Assembly (NCBI GenBank): GCA_965223905.1
Contig: CBDCXV010000011.1
Coordinates: 1,120,001-1,184,000, forward strand
Reading direction: 5' to 3'
Source: Candidatus Latescibacterota bacterium
GTDB taxonomy: Bacteria > Latescibacterota > UBA2968 > UBA8231
DNA length: 64,000 bases
The position numbers were made by a program, and so were the translations under genes. Position 1 is the first letter of the stretch. Every line of letters begins with the position of its first letter. Positions 1-10,325 of the stretch are shown in pieces. The notes under the pieces were generated by a model, which was not told the DNA's origin, did no database searches, and worked only from the letters and a program-made list of their open reading frames with translations.

Positions 1-2
1 GT

Positions 3-551
3 TTTCCCGTGGCCGCCTGCGCCCTGCTGGTCGGCTTCGTCGCCTCGGGCGGGCCGGCGTTCGCCGACGCCGGCTACGACCTCAAGGCGGGCTGGCTCCT
101 CCGCGGCCGGGGGCGGGACCCGCAGCTCGAGCGCGCCGGCCGGGGGCAGCAGGTGCTGGCCGCGGCCGTGGGTCTGCTGGTGGCCCTCGTCGTGGTGGCC
201 CTGGTCCGCAACTCCTACTTCGGGCAGGACCTCTTCCCTCCGGTGGTGCGGGTCTACGCCGCAACCATCGAGTCCGGCATCGACAGCGGTCGCGCCGCCA
301 GCCTCTTGATATGGGCCCTGCCCGGGGCCATAATCCAGCTCGCCGGGGGACCGCGCCGGCAGCTCGGCGTCCTTTTGGGGACCGGGCTCCTGATTCACAA
401 TCCCGCGGCCGGGTGGCTGGTGCTGGGCGGCATCGCGGTGCGCCTCATCGCCACCCGCGGCCGGCCGCGGCCGGGGCTCACCATCATCGGCGCCGGCCTG
501 GTCGCCGGAGCCGCGCTGTGGGCTTTCGGCTCCTCGCTGGCGAAGCTCTGA
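3..551 (+). CDS. OPT/YSL-like membrane transporter, C-terminal part (5' end outside window)
   Basis: Open from window start; hydrophobic helices; GGPAFADAGYDLKAGW motif; precedes DUF1177 and AroM as in known clusters. Confidence 0.7.
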   Translation, partial: FPVAACALLVGFVASGGPAFADAGYDLKAGWLLRGRGRDPQLERAGRGQQVLAAAVGLLVALVVVALVRNSYFGQDLFPPVVRVYAATIESGIDSGRAASLLIWALPGAIIQLAGGPRRQLGVLLGTGLLIHNPAAGWLVLGGIAVRLIATRGRPRPGLTIIGAGLVAGAALWAFGSSLAKL

Positions 552-776
552 CGCCCGCGGCCTCGACCCTCCGTTGAAGCGATGCCCACCCACCCGATGG
601 GCAGCCCGGTGCCGGGCGCTCCAGCATGCCGACCGCACCCCGGAGCATTGCCCTGGCAAGCGACCGCATTCGGCTGGAGGTCGCCGACGGAGGAGACTCC
701 TCCCGGCGTTTTTCGAGCCGCACGCCCCGACTGTTGATTCTGTAAATTCATCTTCTGACACGGGACGGACTTGACC

Positions 777-1712
777 ATGGCGCTCAAGCAGGTGCTCGAG
801 GTGATCGAGCTGATCGACGCCCCGGAGATCGAGGCGGACGCGGTCGCCGGGATGTTCGCCTCGCGGGGACTCGAAGAGGCCCGGTTGCAGCCCCTGGAGA
901 CGGACCGCGGCTCCACCACCTTCGTCGAGGTGCGGATTCCGGGAAGGCGCGGCAAGGCCGCGGGAGGAGACGCACCCACGCTGGGTATCGTCGGCATGCT
1001 TGGGGGGGTCAGCGCGCGCCCGGAAGTGATCGGCATGGTCTCCGACGCCGACGGCGCCGCCGCGGCCCTGGCCGCGGCCCTCAAGCTCGCCGACATGCGC
1101 CGGGCCGGGGACCTGCTCGAAGGGGACGTGATCGTCACCACACACCTCTGCCCCGCGGCCCCGGTCACTCCCCACGATCCGGTCCCCTACATGGCCTCCC
1201 CGGTCAGCAACGAGGTCCGCTGCCGGCGGCTGGTGTCCGCCGACATGGACGCCCTGCTCTCAATCGACGCAACCAAGGGGAACCGCGTCGTCAACCACCG
1301 CGGAATCGCCATTTCGCCGACGGTCAAGGCCGGGTACGTCCTCAGAGTGAGCGAGCCGCTGCTGTCGCTGCTGGAATACGCGACCGGCCGTCCGCCCGTG
1401 GTCTTTCCGGTCACCACCCAGGACATCACCCCGTACGGAAACGGGCTGTTCCATCTCAACAGCATCCTTCAGCCCGCCACCGTGACCGAGGCGCCGGTCG
1501 TAGGCGTCGCCGTCACCGCGGAGACCGCGGTCCCCGGCTGCGCTTCCGGGGCCAGCCACGACGTCGACATCGAGCTCGCCGCCCGCTTCTCGGTCGAGGT
1601 CGCCAAGGGGTTCACCGCGGGCCGCGCCCCTTTCTTCGATGCAGGCGAGTTCGCCCCCCTGGTCGAGCTCTACGGCCCGATGACCCGCCTGCAGACGGTT
1701 GGAAAGGGGTGA
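777..1712 (+). CDS. DUF1177 family protein
   Basis: Motifs GSTTFV, SDADGA, PHDPVPYM, LSIDATKGNR, QDITPYGNGLFHLNSILQP. Confidence 0.85.
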   Translation: MALKQVLEVIELIDAPEIEADAVAGMFASRGLEEARLQPLETDRGSTTFVEVRIPGRRGKAAGGDAPTLGIVGMLGGVSARPEVIGMVSDADGAAAALAAALKLADMRRAGDLLEGDVIVTTHLCPAAPVTPHDPVPYMASPVSNEVRCRRLVSADMDALLSIDATKGNRVVNHRGIAISPTVKAGYVLRVSEPLLSLLEYATGRPPVVFPVTTQDITPYGNGLFHLNSILQPATVTEAPVVGVAVTAETAVPGCASGASHDVDIELAARFSVEVAKGFTAGRAPFFDAGEFAPLVELYGPMTRLQTVGKG

Positions 1713-1713
1713 C

Positions 1714-2385
1714 GTGACCCGGCTCGGAGCGGTCACCGTCGGTCAATCCCCCCGCGACGACGTGGTCCCCGGTATCGCCTCGCTGCTCGGGGAGGGGGTC
1801 GAGATTGTCGAGTGCGGCATCCTCGACGGCCTGAGCCGGCCGGAGATCCGCGCCGGAGCCCCCCGGCCGGGGGAGGATCTCCTCGTCACCCGCATGGCCG
1901 ACGGCACCGAGGTGCGCCTCGGGCGCGGCTTCGCCATAGCGAGGCTGCAGGACTGCCTCGACGCCCTGCAGGAGGAGGTCGAGCTGTTCCTGCTGCTCTG
2001 CACCGACCCGCTGCCGGAGCTGAGCTCCCGCCGTCCCATCCTCTCCCCGGGGCGCCTCCTGCTGTCGGCGGCCTCCGGCATGGGGGTCGGCAGACTCGGG
2101 GTGCTGACACCCGCTCCCGAGCAGGTGCCGATGCAACGCAAGCGCTGGCAAGGGGCCGCCGCGGAGGTCGCCGTCGAGGCCGCATCCCCCTACGGCCGCG
2201 GGGAACCGGTGCGGCTGGCGGCCGCGGCCCTCGGCCGCGCCGGGGTCGAGCTGGTGGCGATGAACTGCATCGGGTACGGCCCCGCGGCCAAGCGGATGGT
2301 GCGGGAGGAAGCCGGCTGTCCGGCGTTGCTCCCCTCTACCCTGCTGGCCCGCTTCGCCGCGGAGCTGCTCGAGGGGGGAGGATGA
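1714..2385 (+). CDS. aroM: AroM family protein (Asp/Glu racemase-like)
   Basis: TVGQSPRDD, LVTRMADG, LLCT, ASPY, MNCIGY motifs; GTG 1 nt after the DUF1177 stop. Confidence 0.85.
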   Translation: MTRLGAVTVGQSPRDDVVPGIASLLGEGVEIVECGILDGLSRPEIRAGAPRPGEDLLVTRMADGTEVRLGRGFAIARLQDCLDALQEEVELFLLLCTDPLPELSSRRPILSPGRLLLSAASGMGVGRLGVLTPAPEQVPMQRKRWQGAAAEVAVEAASPYGRGEPVRLAAAALGRAGVELVAMNCIGYGPAAKRMVREEAGCPALLPSTLLARFAAELLEGGG

Positions 2386-2532
2386 ATCTCACTGCCTGGC
2401 CGCGACTGCCATCGACCTGGGTCCCCCCCCCCACCATGCGCCCCCGGCTCTCCAGGCCGGCTTCTCCGTCAGGGGACGTCCCGCTACCCGATATCGTTGA
2501 CCAGCCGGGCCATCTCCAGACGGGAGCGGCCT

Positions 2533-5049
2533 TCAGGGACCAGTGGGCACAGGGTCGGTTGCGCCCGTCCCCTCCATGACTCGCATCAGCTCGCCGTGCC
2601 GCTTGCGCAGCAGCGACGACCCGCCGACCGCGGCAAGCCCCTCTTCGAGGATTGCCGCCCGTCCCCTGACATCCTCCGGAGGCAGCGCGATCTCCCGCAG
2701 CAGGGCCCGCCGGATCGCCCGGGCCCGCGCCGCCATGGCGAAAGAGCCCTCCTCCCCGAGCCGCATGTAGTAGCCGGGATCCTCGAGATCCCCGAGCGCG
2801 GAGGCGACGATGGCCCGGAAGGTCCGCACCCCCATCCTGCGCGCCGCGGAGAACTCGAGAAACGGGTGGCCGTCGGTCAGCGGCGGAGCCTGTCCGCTCC
2901 AGCCCTCCAGCCCTTTCGCACCCATCAGGAAGAGGGAGAGCAGGTCGGGGACCTCGCCCAGGCCGTTGAGCGCCAGGTGGGGGCGAATGCCGCGGCGCTC
3001 GATGCGCTCCTCCAGCTCGAGCGGATCGATCACCTGCGGCTCCCTGGACAGGAGAAGAATTCCGTCACGGTTGTCCAGCCAGAGCGAGGAATGGGGGAAC
3101 GCCTCCATGGCGGAGCGCACCATCGAACGCACGTCCCCGGGGCTCTGGCCGTAGAAGGGCACCCACTGGGCTACGATTCCCCCGGGGTTCAGCACCCCCT
3201 CCGCTTCCTCGTAGAACCCGACCGTGTACAGGTTGGTCGTGCCGGCGCTCCAGGGCTGCAGCGGCTCGACGACGACGAGGTCGAAGCGCTTGTCCGTGGT
3301 GCGCATGAAGGCGCGCCCGTCGTCCCGGTGCAGGACCACTTCCGGCTTGTCGAGCAGGCCCTGATTGGCACCTGCGAACCAGCGCCTCGACAGCTCGATT
3401 ACCCCGGGGTCGAGCTCGACGCAGTAGAGCTCGCGGACTCCGTGCTGAAGAATGGCGGCGAAGGTCTGCCCGGTACCCAGGGCGATCCCGAGGATCCGTT
3501 CCGGCGAGGCTGCGAGCAGGGCCGGCAGGTGACCGAGGATACGGTGGCCCCCCCGGTCGGCGGCCACCCACGAGGAGTTGATCCACAGCCTGCGCGCCCC
3601 CGCGGAGTCCTCGGTGACCATGACGTCGCTCGTCGAGCCCTCCCGGAACTCGAGGATCTTCTCCCCCGGCCCCAGGCGCGCCCGGTAGAGGTCGCGCGGG
3701 GTGTCGACCGCGGCGACCAGAAGGCAGGCCGCTGCGCACAGGCATCCCGGCAGCAGCCAGGACCGGAGGCTGGCGCCGGTTCCGGCCAGGAACCAGGCGC
3801 TGAGCGCCGCGGCTCCCAGGACGAGGAGAGCCGTGCTCGTACGCGAGCCGAGCAGGGGCAGCAGGGCGAACCCCACGGCCAGGCTGCCGGCGACGCCGCC
3901 GAAGGTATTGGCCGCGTACAGGGAGCCGAAGGTGCCGGCGCTGCGTCCGCTCCGCGACCGCGCTCCCGCGAGGATAGGCAGGGCCGCGCCCAGCAGCCCG
4001 GCCGGCGGCGCCAGGATGACGATCAGCAGGCCGAACTCCGGGGTCAGGCCGGTCGCCAGCTCGAGCTCGAGGGAGAGGTCGCCGGCGATCCCCAGCAGGG
4101 CCAGCGGCACTCCCGCAACGGCCAGGGCGGCGAGGGCGAGCAGGAGAGCTGCCCGGCGGCGTAGCGACGCCAGGGTCCCGGAACCGCGGAGGGTCCAGGC
4201 CGCCAGGCCCCCGCCCAGGGCGATGCCGATCAGGACCGCGGCGAGCACCTGCGCCAGCGCGTACACCGTCGTCGGCACGACCAGCGAGACCATGCGCGTC
4301 CACAGGACCTCCGCCCCCAGCCCGGTAAACCCGGCCAGGCAGGCGGCAGCGGTCCAGGCCTTTCCGGACCCGCCTCCGTCCCAGGCACCGGCCCCGGCGG
4401 ACGGCGATTCGGCCGCGGCCGGCTCCGCTTCCCGGGCAGCGGGAGCGGGCAGCAGCGCGGCGACGGCCGCGGCGAGGAGAGCGCAGCCCATCCCGATCCA
4501 GATGGTCCGGGCGAGGCCGAACGACTCGATGGTCACGTACCCGGCGGCGAGGCACCCGGCCGCGGCGCCGGCCGTGTTCCACCCGTAGAGCAGGGCGGTG
4601 GCGCGCGACGTGCGGCCCTTGCCGCCGCGGCCGTGACTGCGGTCGAAGTGCTCGATGACCAGAGGCAGGGAGGCGCCGAGAAGAGTGGTGGGCAACAGCA
4701 GACAGGCCCCCAGCCCGGCGAGCTGCACCCAGAGGCCGGTTACCGGCGAAAGGCCGGAGGAGACCGCGAGGTCGCGCAGGGCGTGGGAAACCGGTATGAC
4801 CGGCACCGACAGGCCGGCGAGGACCGCGGCGGCGACCTCGACCCCGGCGTACGCCAGCAGCGGCCGCGGGGCGCGCCAGCTCAGGCGTCCCCCGAGCCAG
4901 GCACCGAGGGCCAGTCCGGTCATGAAAACCGCCAGCACCAGGGCCTGCGCCGTGTGCGTGGCGCTCGTGATGCTGGCGAGCCACCGAGTCCAGGCGAGCT
5001 GGTAGATCAGGCCGCCGGCACCCGACAGCAGCACCGCCAGGTAGGCCAT
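2533..5049 (-). CDS. Fused MFS-like membrane domain / spermidine synthase-like SAM-dependent transferase
   Basis: SGAGGLIYQLAW and LYGWNTAG membrane repeats; C-terminal ALGTGQT, VELDPGV, DDGRAF. Confidence 0.85.
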   Translation of the reverse strand: MAYLAVLLSGAGGLIYQLAWTRWLASITSATHTAQALVLAVFMTGLALGAWLGGRLSWRAPRPLLAYAGVEVAAAVLAGLSVPVIPVSHALRDLAVSSGLSPVTGLWVQLAGLGACLLLPTTLLGASLPLVIEHFDRSHGRGGKGRTSRATALLYGWNTAGAAAGCLAAGYVTIESFGLARTIWIGMGCALLAAAVAALLPAPAAREAEPAAAESPSAGAGAWDGGGSGKAWTAAACLAGFTGLGAEVLWTRMVSLVVPTTVYALAQVLAAVLIGIALGGGLAAWTLRGSGTLASLRRRAALLLALAALAVAGVPLALLGIAGDLSLELELATGLTPEFGLLIVILAPPAGLLGAALPILAGARSRSGRSAGTFGSLYAANTFGGVAGSLAVGFALLPLLGSRTSTALLVLGAAALSAWFLAGTGASLRSWLLPGCLCAAACLLVAAVDTPRDLYRARLGPGEKILEFREGSTSDVMVTEDSAGARRLWINSSWVAADRGGHRILGHLPALLAASPERILGIALGTGQTFAAILQHGVRELYCVELDPGVIELSRRWFAGANQGLLDKPEVVLHRDDGRAFMRTTDKRFDLVVVEPLQPWSAGTTNLYTVGFYEEAEGVLNPGGIVAQWVPFYGQSPGDVRSMVRSAMEAFPHSSLWLDNRDGILLLSREPQVIDPLELEERIERRGIRPHLALNGLGEVPDLLSLFLMGAKGLEGWSGQAPPLTDGHPFLEFSAARRMGVRTFRAIVASALGDLEDPGYYMRLGEEGSFAMAARARAIRRALLREIALPPEDVRGRAAILEEGLAAVGGSSLLRKRHGELMRVMEGTGATDPVPTGP

Positions 5050-5056
5050 ACGAACC

Positions 5057-6658
5057 TTATACCGGCTCGTCCATGGCGCAGCGGAAGCCGGCCATGGCGC
5101 CGGCCCCCTTCCAGGCGTCCCGGTAGGTGCTCTTCAGGTTGCCGGCCGGCGTCACCCAGGAGCCTCCGCGCATCAGCGGACCCCGGGTGCGAGGCTCCCC
5201 GGTAACGGCGCTCCAGGGATAGGCGGACCAGCTGCCTTCGACCAGCTCCCAGACGTTGCCGGCCAGGTCGTGCACCCCCTCCGGCGTGCAGCCTCGCGCC
5301 CAGGAGCCGACCGGGGTGGTGTGGCCGACGCGGAAATCGAAGTTCGCCCGCCCTCCGTCCGGCTCTTCCTCGCCCCACGGGTAGGTCCGCCCCTCGGGGC
5401 CGCGGGCGGCGATCTCCCACTCGTACTCGCTGGGCAGGCGTTTGCCGGCCCAGCGCGCGTACGCACGCGCCCCCTCCTGGTCGATGAAGACGACGGGGTG
5501 GCGCTCCTTGCCGGGAACCGCCGCGAAGCCGCCGGAGGATTCCCTTGCGATGCCGGCCAGGTCGGGATCGGCCATGTCCTCGTGGTAGTGGCGCCCGTTG
5601 TCCGCGGCGTTGAGAAAGGCGGTGAACTCGCCGATGGTCACCGGACAGCGGTCGATGCGGAAGTCGGGAACCGTCGCCGAGCCGGCCGGGGAGTTCCCGG
5701 GATCGGTGGCGTCCGGACCGATGGGGAAGGTACCGCCGCGGATGCGGACCATCTCTCCGGGCACCGCATCCGGCGCGTCCGCCGGGGGCGCCGCGAAGGC
5801 GAACAGCTTCTCCAGCCCCTCGTCGGGCGCCTCCGCCACGCTGCGGTCCGACAGGATCAGCCGTCCCCAGGTCTCGCAGACGTGCATGTTGTAGACCAGC
5901 ACCGGCGACCAGGTCCAGTCCCACACCGGACCTCCCGAATCCTTCCAATCCGTGATCGGCCAGGTCTCCCGCGACCACGGATGCTGCACGCGGCTGAAGT
6001 TTGCCCGCAGGGTGCGGCCGCCGCGGCTGAGCGGAGCCCCCGAGCGGTCCATGGGGGCCATCGAGGCCCAGGGAATCGACAGCTCGATGACCCAGCCGGC
6101 GTCGGTGTCGAAGGGGTAGTTGAGGCTGCCGTCGACGCGCACCGCGGCGCGCATTCCCTCGAGACTCCAGGGGGGGCTTTCCGGGATCCTCGGATGGCTC
6201 AGGGGCAGGCCGCCGCGGTTGTACTCCTTCGGAAGCAGCATGTCCCAGACCGTGCCGAGGGCGTTGAACTCCAGCTCGATGTAGTCCTGGGCGTCCCCGT
6301 CGACGTCGATGAACATCTCGATGTCGTTGTCGTCGTAGATCTCCTCGTCCTTGTCGACCACGTGGGCGACCAGGTGGGGCTCCTCCAGCTCGACCGCCGC
6401 GTACAGATGCTCGTCGTCCCACAGCATGCGGGCGCGGGTGCGCAGGTGGGGTCTGGCGTAGGCGGTCGCCGATTGGATGTGCCCGAAGTCCGCGGTCCAG
6501 GGCGCCAGCTGCCAGCTCTCCTCGTCGAGCCTGCCGTCGACGGAGATGTCGCCGGCCGTCCGATAGACGACGTACTGCTGCGGCCGGAAGGGCCGCGGCT
6601 CATGGGTTCTTCTGGGCCGCGGATAGGCGAACCCCGGCTCGCGGTCGTATCGAGCCAT
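5057..6658 (-). CDS. CBM9-like (DOMON) domain fused to an FGE-sulfatase (SUMF1) domain
   Basis: VDGRLDEESW, MLWDDEHLY, IELEFNALG, WVIELSIPW; C-terminal RLPSEYEWE, DLAGNVWE, RGGSW, GFRC. Confidence 0.8.
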   Translation of the reverse strand: MARYDREPGFAYPRPRRTHEPRPFRPQQYVVYRTAGDISVDGRLDEESWQLAPWTADFGHIQSATAYARPHLRTRARMLWDDEHLYAAVELEEPHLVAHVVDKDEEIYDDNDIEMFIDVDGDAQDYIELEFNALGTVWDMLLPKEYNRGGLPLSHPRIPESPPWSLEGMRAAVRVDGSLNYPFDTDAGWVIELSIPWASMAPMDRSGAPLSRGGRTLRANFSRVQHPWSRETWPITDWKDSGGPVWDWTWSPVLVYNMHVCETWGRLILSDRSVAEAPDEGLEKLFAFAAPPADAPDAVPGEMVRIRGGTFPIGPDATDPGNSPAGSATVPDFRIDRCPVTIGEFTAFLNAADNGRHYHEDMADPDLAGIARESSGGFAAVPGKERHPVVFIDQEGARAYARWAGKRLPSEYEWEIAARGPEGRTYPWGEEEPDGGRANFDFRVGHTTPVGSWARGCTPEGVHDLAGNVWELVEGSWSAYPWSAVTGEPRTRGPLMRGGSWVTPAGNLKSTYRDAWKGAGAMAGFRCAMDEPV

Positions 6659-7177
6659 CTCTCGCTCCTTTTCTCGACTCCCTGGTTCGGGCTGCTACGC
6701 AAGCCGGGCCGGCATCCGGTGTCAAGTGAAGTCCGGGGTTCGGGCGCTGGTGGAATCGGCCCGATCCCGTATTGCTTGACGGCAAGGAAGATCTACCCTT
6801 CTTCGGCATGATTCCTCCAGACCGGACCTACGGCATGAAGAACGCCATCGCCAAAATCCATGGTCGACGATTCCTTCATTAGTACAGTACGATGCGGAAC
6901 CGGCAGCCGGCTCCTTCGAGCGCCTCGGAGAGCCGGCGCGCTGTCTGTTCGACCCCCCGGAGCAGACGTGAAGCAGGAACCGCAGCGGGTGTCGTTTGCT
7001 TCGCTTTGCCGTACAGGCTCCGGTACGCGCCTCTCTCCTGTGCTGGCAACCGGGCCGCAGAGGTCGGGTTTCGGCGACTGTTTTCCGGGACATGCACCAG
7101 GCCCGGAAAAAACAAAATGAACTCCCCCAGCCGCGGATGAGCCGTAAAGGCAGACCTGGCCGCGGCCGCGAGCACCG

Positions 7178-8647
7178 ATGCTGTTCATCGACGACCATCA
7201 CATCCACTCGACCCAGGGCCCGGAGCGGCGTTTCCATCGCCTGAACAAGCACCCCGGCAACCCGGTGAAGGTTTTCACCGACCCCTGGGGCTCCTCGGTC
7301 GCCAACCACGGCGGCTTCGAGCGCGATCCGGAGACCGGGGAGTTCGTTCTCTGGTATTCTACCGGACCGGCAGACCCCGCGAACGTTGCCGAGCGGCGCT
7401 TCGTCTGTCAGGCGCGGTCGACGGACGGCCTCAGCTGGGATACGCCGCCCCTCGGGCTGTTCGAGTTCCGCGGCAGCCGCGACAACAACATCTGCGTCCC
7501 CGGCTACACCTATGCAGGGGTCTGCGACGATCCGCACGAGCTCACCGGTCCGGCGATTCTGCGCGACCCCCTCGACCCGGATCCGTCGGCGCGCTACAAG
7601 ATGGCCCTGTGGCGCTACAACCGCGGCCGCAACCCCGCTACCGGGGAGCCCCTCTACGAGTCGAAGGACACTCCCTACCCGACCGGCCTGTACACCGCGG
7701 CCTCTCCGGACGGCATCCACTGGCCCGCGCGCGAGCGCCTCGTCCACACCCATGCCGACGGGTTCGGCGACACCTACACCTGGATGCTCGACACCCTGCG
7801 CAGGGGGTACCGCCTCTTCGGCAAGCGCCTGTACTGGGACGACCGCTTCGCCAGCGGCAAGATCCGCCACGGCGGGCCGGGAACCTGGGTGCGGCTGCGG
7901 CATACCTGCTGGAGCCCCGACTTCGCCTCGTGGTCGCCGCATGTCCCCATCCTGCCGATCGACGGGGAGGATCGCCCCCGCGACCAGGTCTACATGAACA
8001 ACGGCTTCGTGTCCGACGACATGTACCTCGGGTTCGCCCAGATCCTGCACGCCCTCGACGACTGGGCCCTCGACATCGACCTCGCCTGCTCCCGTGACGG
8101 GGAGGACTGGCAGCGTCCCGCAGCGGCGCGGCGCATCCTGCCCCGGGGGGAGGGGGAGGCATGGGACAGCGGGCGGATGGCGATGTTCCCCTCACCCCCG
8201 GTGCGGGAGGGAGACCTGCTGTATTTCTACTACACGACCGGCGCCCAGTATCACAAGCCGGCTCCGAGGCGCGAGCTGCCTCCTGGGAGGGAGCGGCCGA
8301 ACGGCCTCTGCCTGGCGACCCTGCGGGTCGACGGCTTCGCCGGCATGCGCGCGGCCGGTTCCGGCAGGCTGCGCACGCGGCCGATGTTCATCCGGCACCC
8401 CGACCTGGTGATCAACATCGACGCCGAAGGGGGCGCCTGCCGGGTGGGCCTGCTCGACGAAGGCGGGGTGGAGCTGCCAGGTTTGGGCCTCGACGACATG
8501 GAACCGGTCGCCGACGACGCGGTCGAGCAGCCCCTGCGGTGGCGCGGCCGCGAGTCGGTATCGGAGCTTCAGGGACGCTGGATCTCCCTCGAGATCGAGC
8601 TGCGGGGAGCGGAGCTGTTCGCCGTGCACAACCGGACGCGGACCTGA
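7178..8647 (+). CDS. GH32/GH130-like five-bladed beta-propeller hydrolase
   Basis: LFIDD start, STDGLSW, SPDGIHW, SRDGEDW boxes, WDSG, LRVDGF; start uncertain. Confidence 0.7.
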   Translation: MLFIDDHHIHSTQGPERRFHRLNKHPGNPVKVFTDPWGSSVANHGGFERDPETGEFVLWYSTGPADPANVAERRFVCQARSTDGLSWDTPPLGLFEFRGSRDNNICVPGYTYAGVCDDPHELTGPAILRDPLDPDPSARYKMALWRYNRGRNPATGEPLYESKDTPYPTGLYTAASPDGIHWPARERLVHTHADGFGDTYTWMLDTLRRGYRLFGKRLYWDDRFASGKIRHGGPGTWVRLRHTCWSPDFASWSPHVPILPIDGEDRPRDQVYMNNGFVSDDMYLGFAQILHALDDWALDIDLACSRDGEDWQRPAAARRILPRGEGEAWDSGRMAMFPSPPVREGDLLYFYYTTGAQYHKPAPRRELPPGRERPNGLCLATLRVDGFAGMRAAGSGRLRTRPMFIRHPDLVINIDAEGGACRVGLLDEGGVELPGLGLDDMEPVADDAVEQPLRWRGRESVSELQGRWISLEIELRGAELFAVHNRTRT

Positions 8648-8854
8648 GGAGGGAGTGGGGCCGGTGAAGGCACCGGGAGCCGGGCCATTGACGCGACGAT
8701 CCACCCTTCCTTCCATCCGCCGATCGGCGATCTGAGCATGCGGATGTGGGCGAACCAGGTGAGAGATTCGGAGCGAGCGCAACAGGGAGATCGGGAGCGA
8801 GGGTGCCGCCACCGGATCGGACGCCGCTCGGGATCCACTGCCGCGGGCTGACAA

Positions 8855-9487
8855 GTGACACCCCTGCCCGAAACGCCACTGACGACGACCACGCTGGCCG
8901 CGGATCCCACCCTGTTGACCCGCGAACTGACGACACCGGGCGGCATATCCTTCACGGCCCGTTTGCTGCGCCCGGACGACGCCGCGGCGCTGGGCCGCTA
9001 TTTCGATGGCCTGACCGATGCGATCAGGGAGATGTACGGCCCCCATCCCCTCGACAGCGGCCACGCCCTTCTCCTGTGCAGCGGGATCGACCATGCAAGG
9101 TGCCTGCGATACGTCGTCGAAATCCGCGGGAAGATCGAAGGGTACTTCATCCTCGCGTCGGGTCTCGGCGGAGGGGATGCCAGGCGCTACGCGGGCTACA
9201 ACCATCCGCTCGAGGCTTCCGAGTGCTGTACCTTCGCCCCGTCGGTGGCCGACGCCTACCTGTCCCGCGGTATCGGCAGCACCTTGATGCCGCTGGTCGT
9301 CGAGGCGGCTCACCGAATGGGCAGGCGGAAGATCGTGCTCTGGGGCGGCGTGCGCGGAGACAACCCGCGGGCGCGGCATTTCTACCGGAAGTTCGGCTTC
9401 GAACAGGTCGGTTCGTTCTTCGCCGGCGGGGTCGACAACCTCGACATGGTGCTGAATCTCGACGCATGGTCCCCAGCCCCGGGGTAG
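8855..9487 (+). CDS. GNAT family N-acetyltransferase
   Basis: VADAYLSRGIGSTLM acetyl-CoA motif; NPRARHFYRKFGF. Confidence 0.85.
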   Translation: MTPLPETPLTTTTLAADPTLLTRELTTPGGISFTARLLRPDDAAALGRYFDGLTDAIREMYGPHPLDSGHALLLCSGIDHARCLRYVVEIRGKIEGYFILASGLGGGDARRYAGYNHPLEASECCTFAPSVADAYLSRGIGSTLMPLVVEAAHRMGRRKIVLWGGVRGDNPRARHFYRKFGFEQVGSFFAGGVDNLDMVLNLDAWSPAPG

Positions 9488-9532
9488 TGCTCCGGTGTTT
9501 ATTGCTGGAACTGTACCCACCGCAAATGGTAT

Positions 9533-9820
9533 TCATCCAGCCTTGCGCAGACTTCCCACAGTGGACTCAGGACGGGTTCTGGCAAGGTCATGGATGGACT
9601 GGAGATTCAGCCAGAACTCGGGGCTCGTGCCGAGCGCCTGCGCGAACAGCCAGGCAGTCTCGGGCGTCACGCCGCGTTTTCCACGAGCGATCTCATTGAT
9701 GCGCTGAGTGGGAACACCGATATGTCTGGCCAAAGCCACCTGCGTTACTCCCAGTGGATCGAGAAACTCTCTTTGCAGAATCTCGCCGGGATGGGCGGGA
9801 ATCCTGTTTTCGGGCAGCAT
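9533..9820 (-). CDS. higA: HigA antitoxin (HTH-XRE)
   Basis: HPGEIL...TQVALA...RINEIARGKRGVT...FWLNLQ. Confidence 0.92.
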   Translation of the reverse strand: MLPENRIPAHPGEILQREFLDPLGVTQVALARHIGVPTQRINEIARGKRGVTPETAWLFAQALGTSPEFWLNLQSIHDLARTRPESTVGSLRKAG

Positions 9821-9838
9821 GGTTCATTCTCCGGGATT

Positions 9839-10129
9839 TCAGTGGTAATCGGCCAACCTGACGTCATGGGCGAAACCGGCCGACCAACGAAAGAGGATTC
9901 TCCATTGATCGTTGACCCGGATGCTGTGGAATCCACGCAGATTGCCTCGAAGTGTCTGGAGGCGATTGCCGGGCGGCGATCTCAAATCCTTGAGGTCATG
10001 GGCGGCATTGAGGATGTCGAGCTTGTCCAGGACGACCCTGAGCAAATCCTGGGGGAGTCGACGAACGCGGGCTGTTGATCGCCCGTGAAACAGGTCCTCA
10101 GTTGCCCTGTCACCGAATGTGGCTATCAT
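9839..10129 (-). CDS. higB: HigB/RelE toxin (plasmid maintenance killer family)
   Basis: DLRSPPGNRL...HSIRVNDQWRILFRW...DYH; lies upstream of higA. Confidence 0.92.
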   Translation of the reverse strand: MIATFGDRATEDLFHGRSTARVRRLPQDLLRVVLDKLDILNAAHDLKDLRSPPGNRLQTLRGNLRGFHSIRVNDQWRILFRWSAGFAHDVRLADYH

Positions 10130-10137
10130 TCGTTCAC

Positions 10138-10152
10138 GGTATCCGGGATACC
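10138..10152. promoter_or_regulatory. Palindromic operator candidate upstream of higBA
   Basis: Perfect inverted repeat GGTATCC-G-GGATACC 9 nt upstream of higB; TATCTT -10-like hexamer at 10157-10162 (minus strand). Confidence 0.5.
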
Positions 10153-10325
10153 ATGTAAGATACAGGCGGTCGGCTGCCCAGCAATCTTTGTGTTCCTAGC
10201 TCGGTTTTGCCCGGGGCTATTTCCGTGCTTGGCCAGGCGGCACCTGATGAGGGTTGCCAATAAGCAGATCGACGGCTCTTCCCGTGGTTGACAAGGCAGG
10301 GCGATCTTCAGGAAAGGAAACCCCG

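Noticed and set aside
2423-2432. C10 tract (and G11 at 36629-36639) as phase-variation sites
   Set aside because: Both lie between convergent genes, outside coding and promoter regions
5057-5200. FGE/CLec C-terminus as a diversity-generating retroelement variable region
   Set aside because: No template repeat with adenine-specific differences and no reverse transcriptase in the window
7081-7112. TTTTCCGGG...CCCGGAAAA hairpin as an intrinsic terminator
   Set aside because: The stem is followed by A, not U, on both strands
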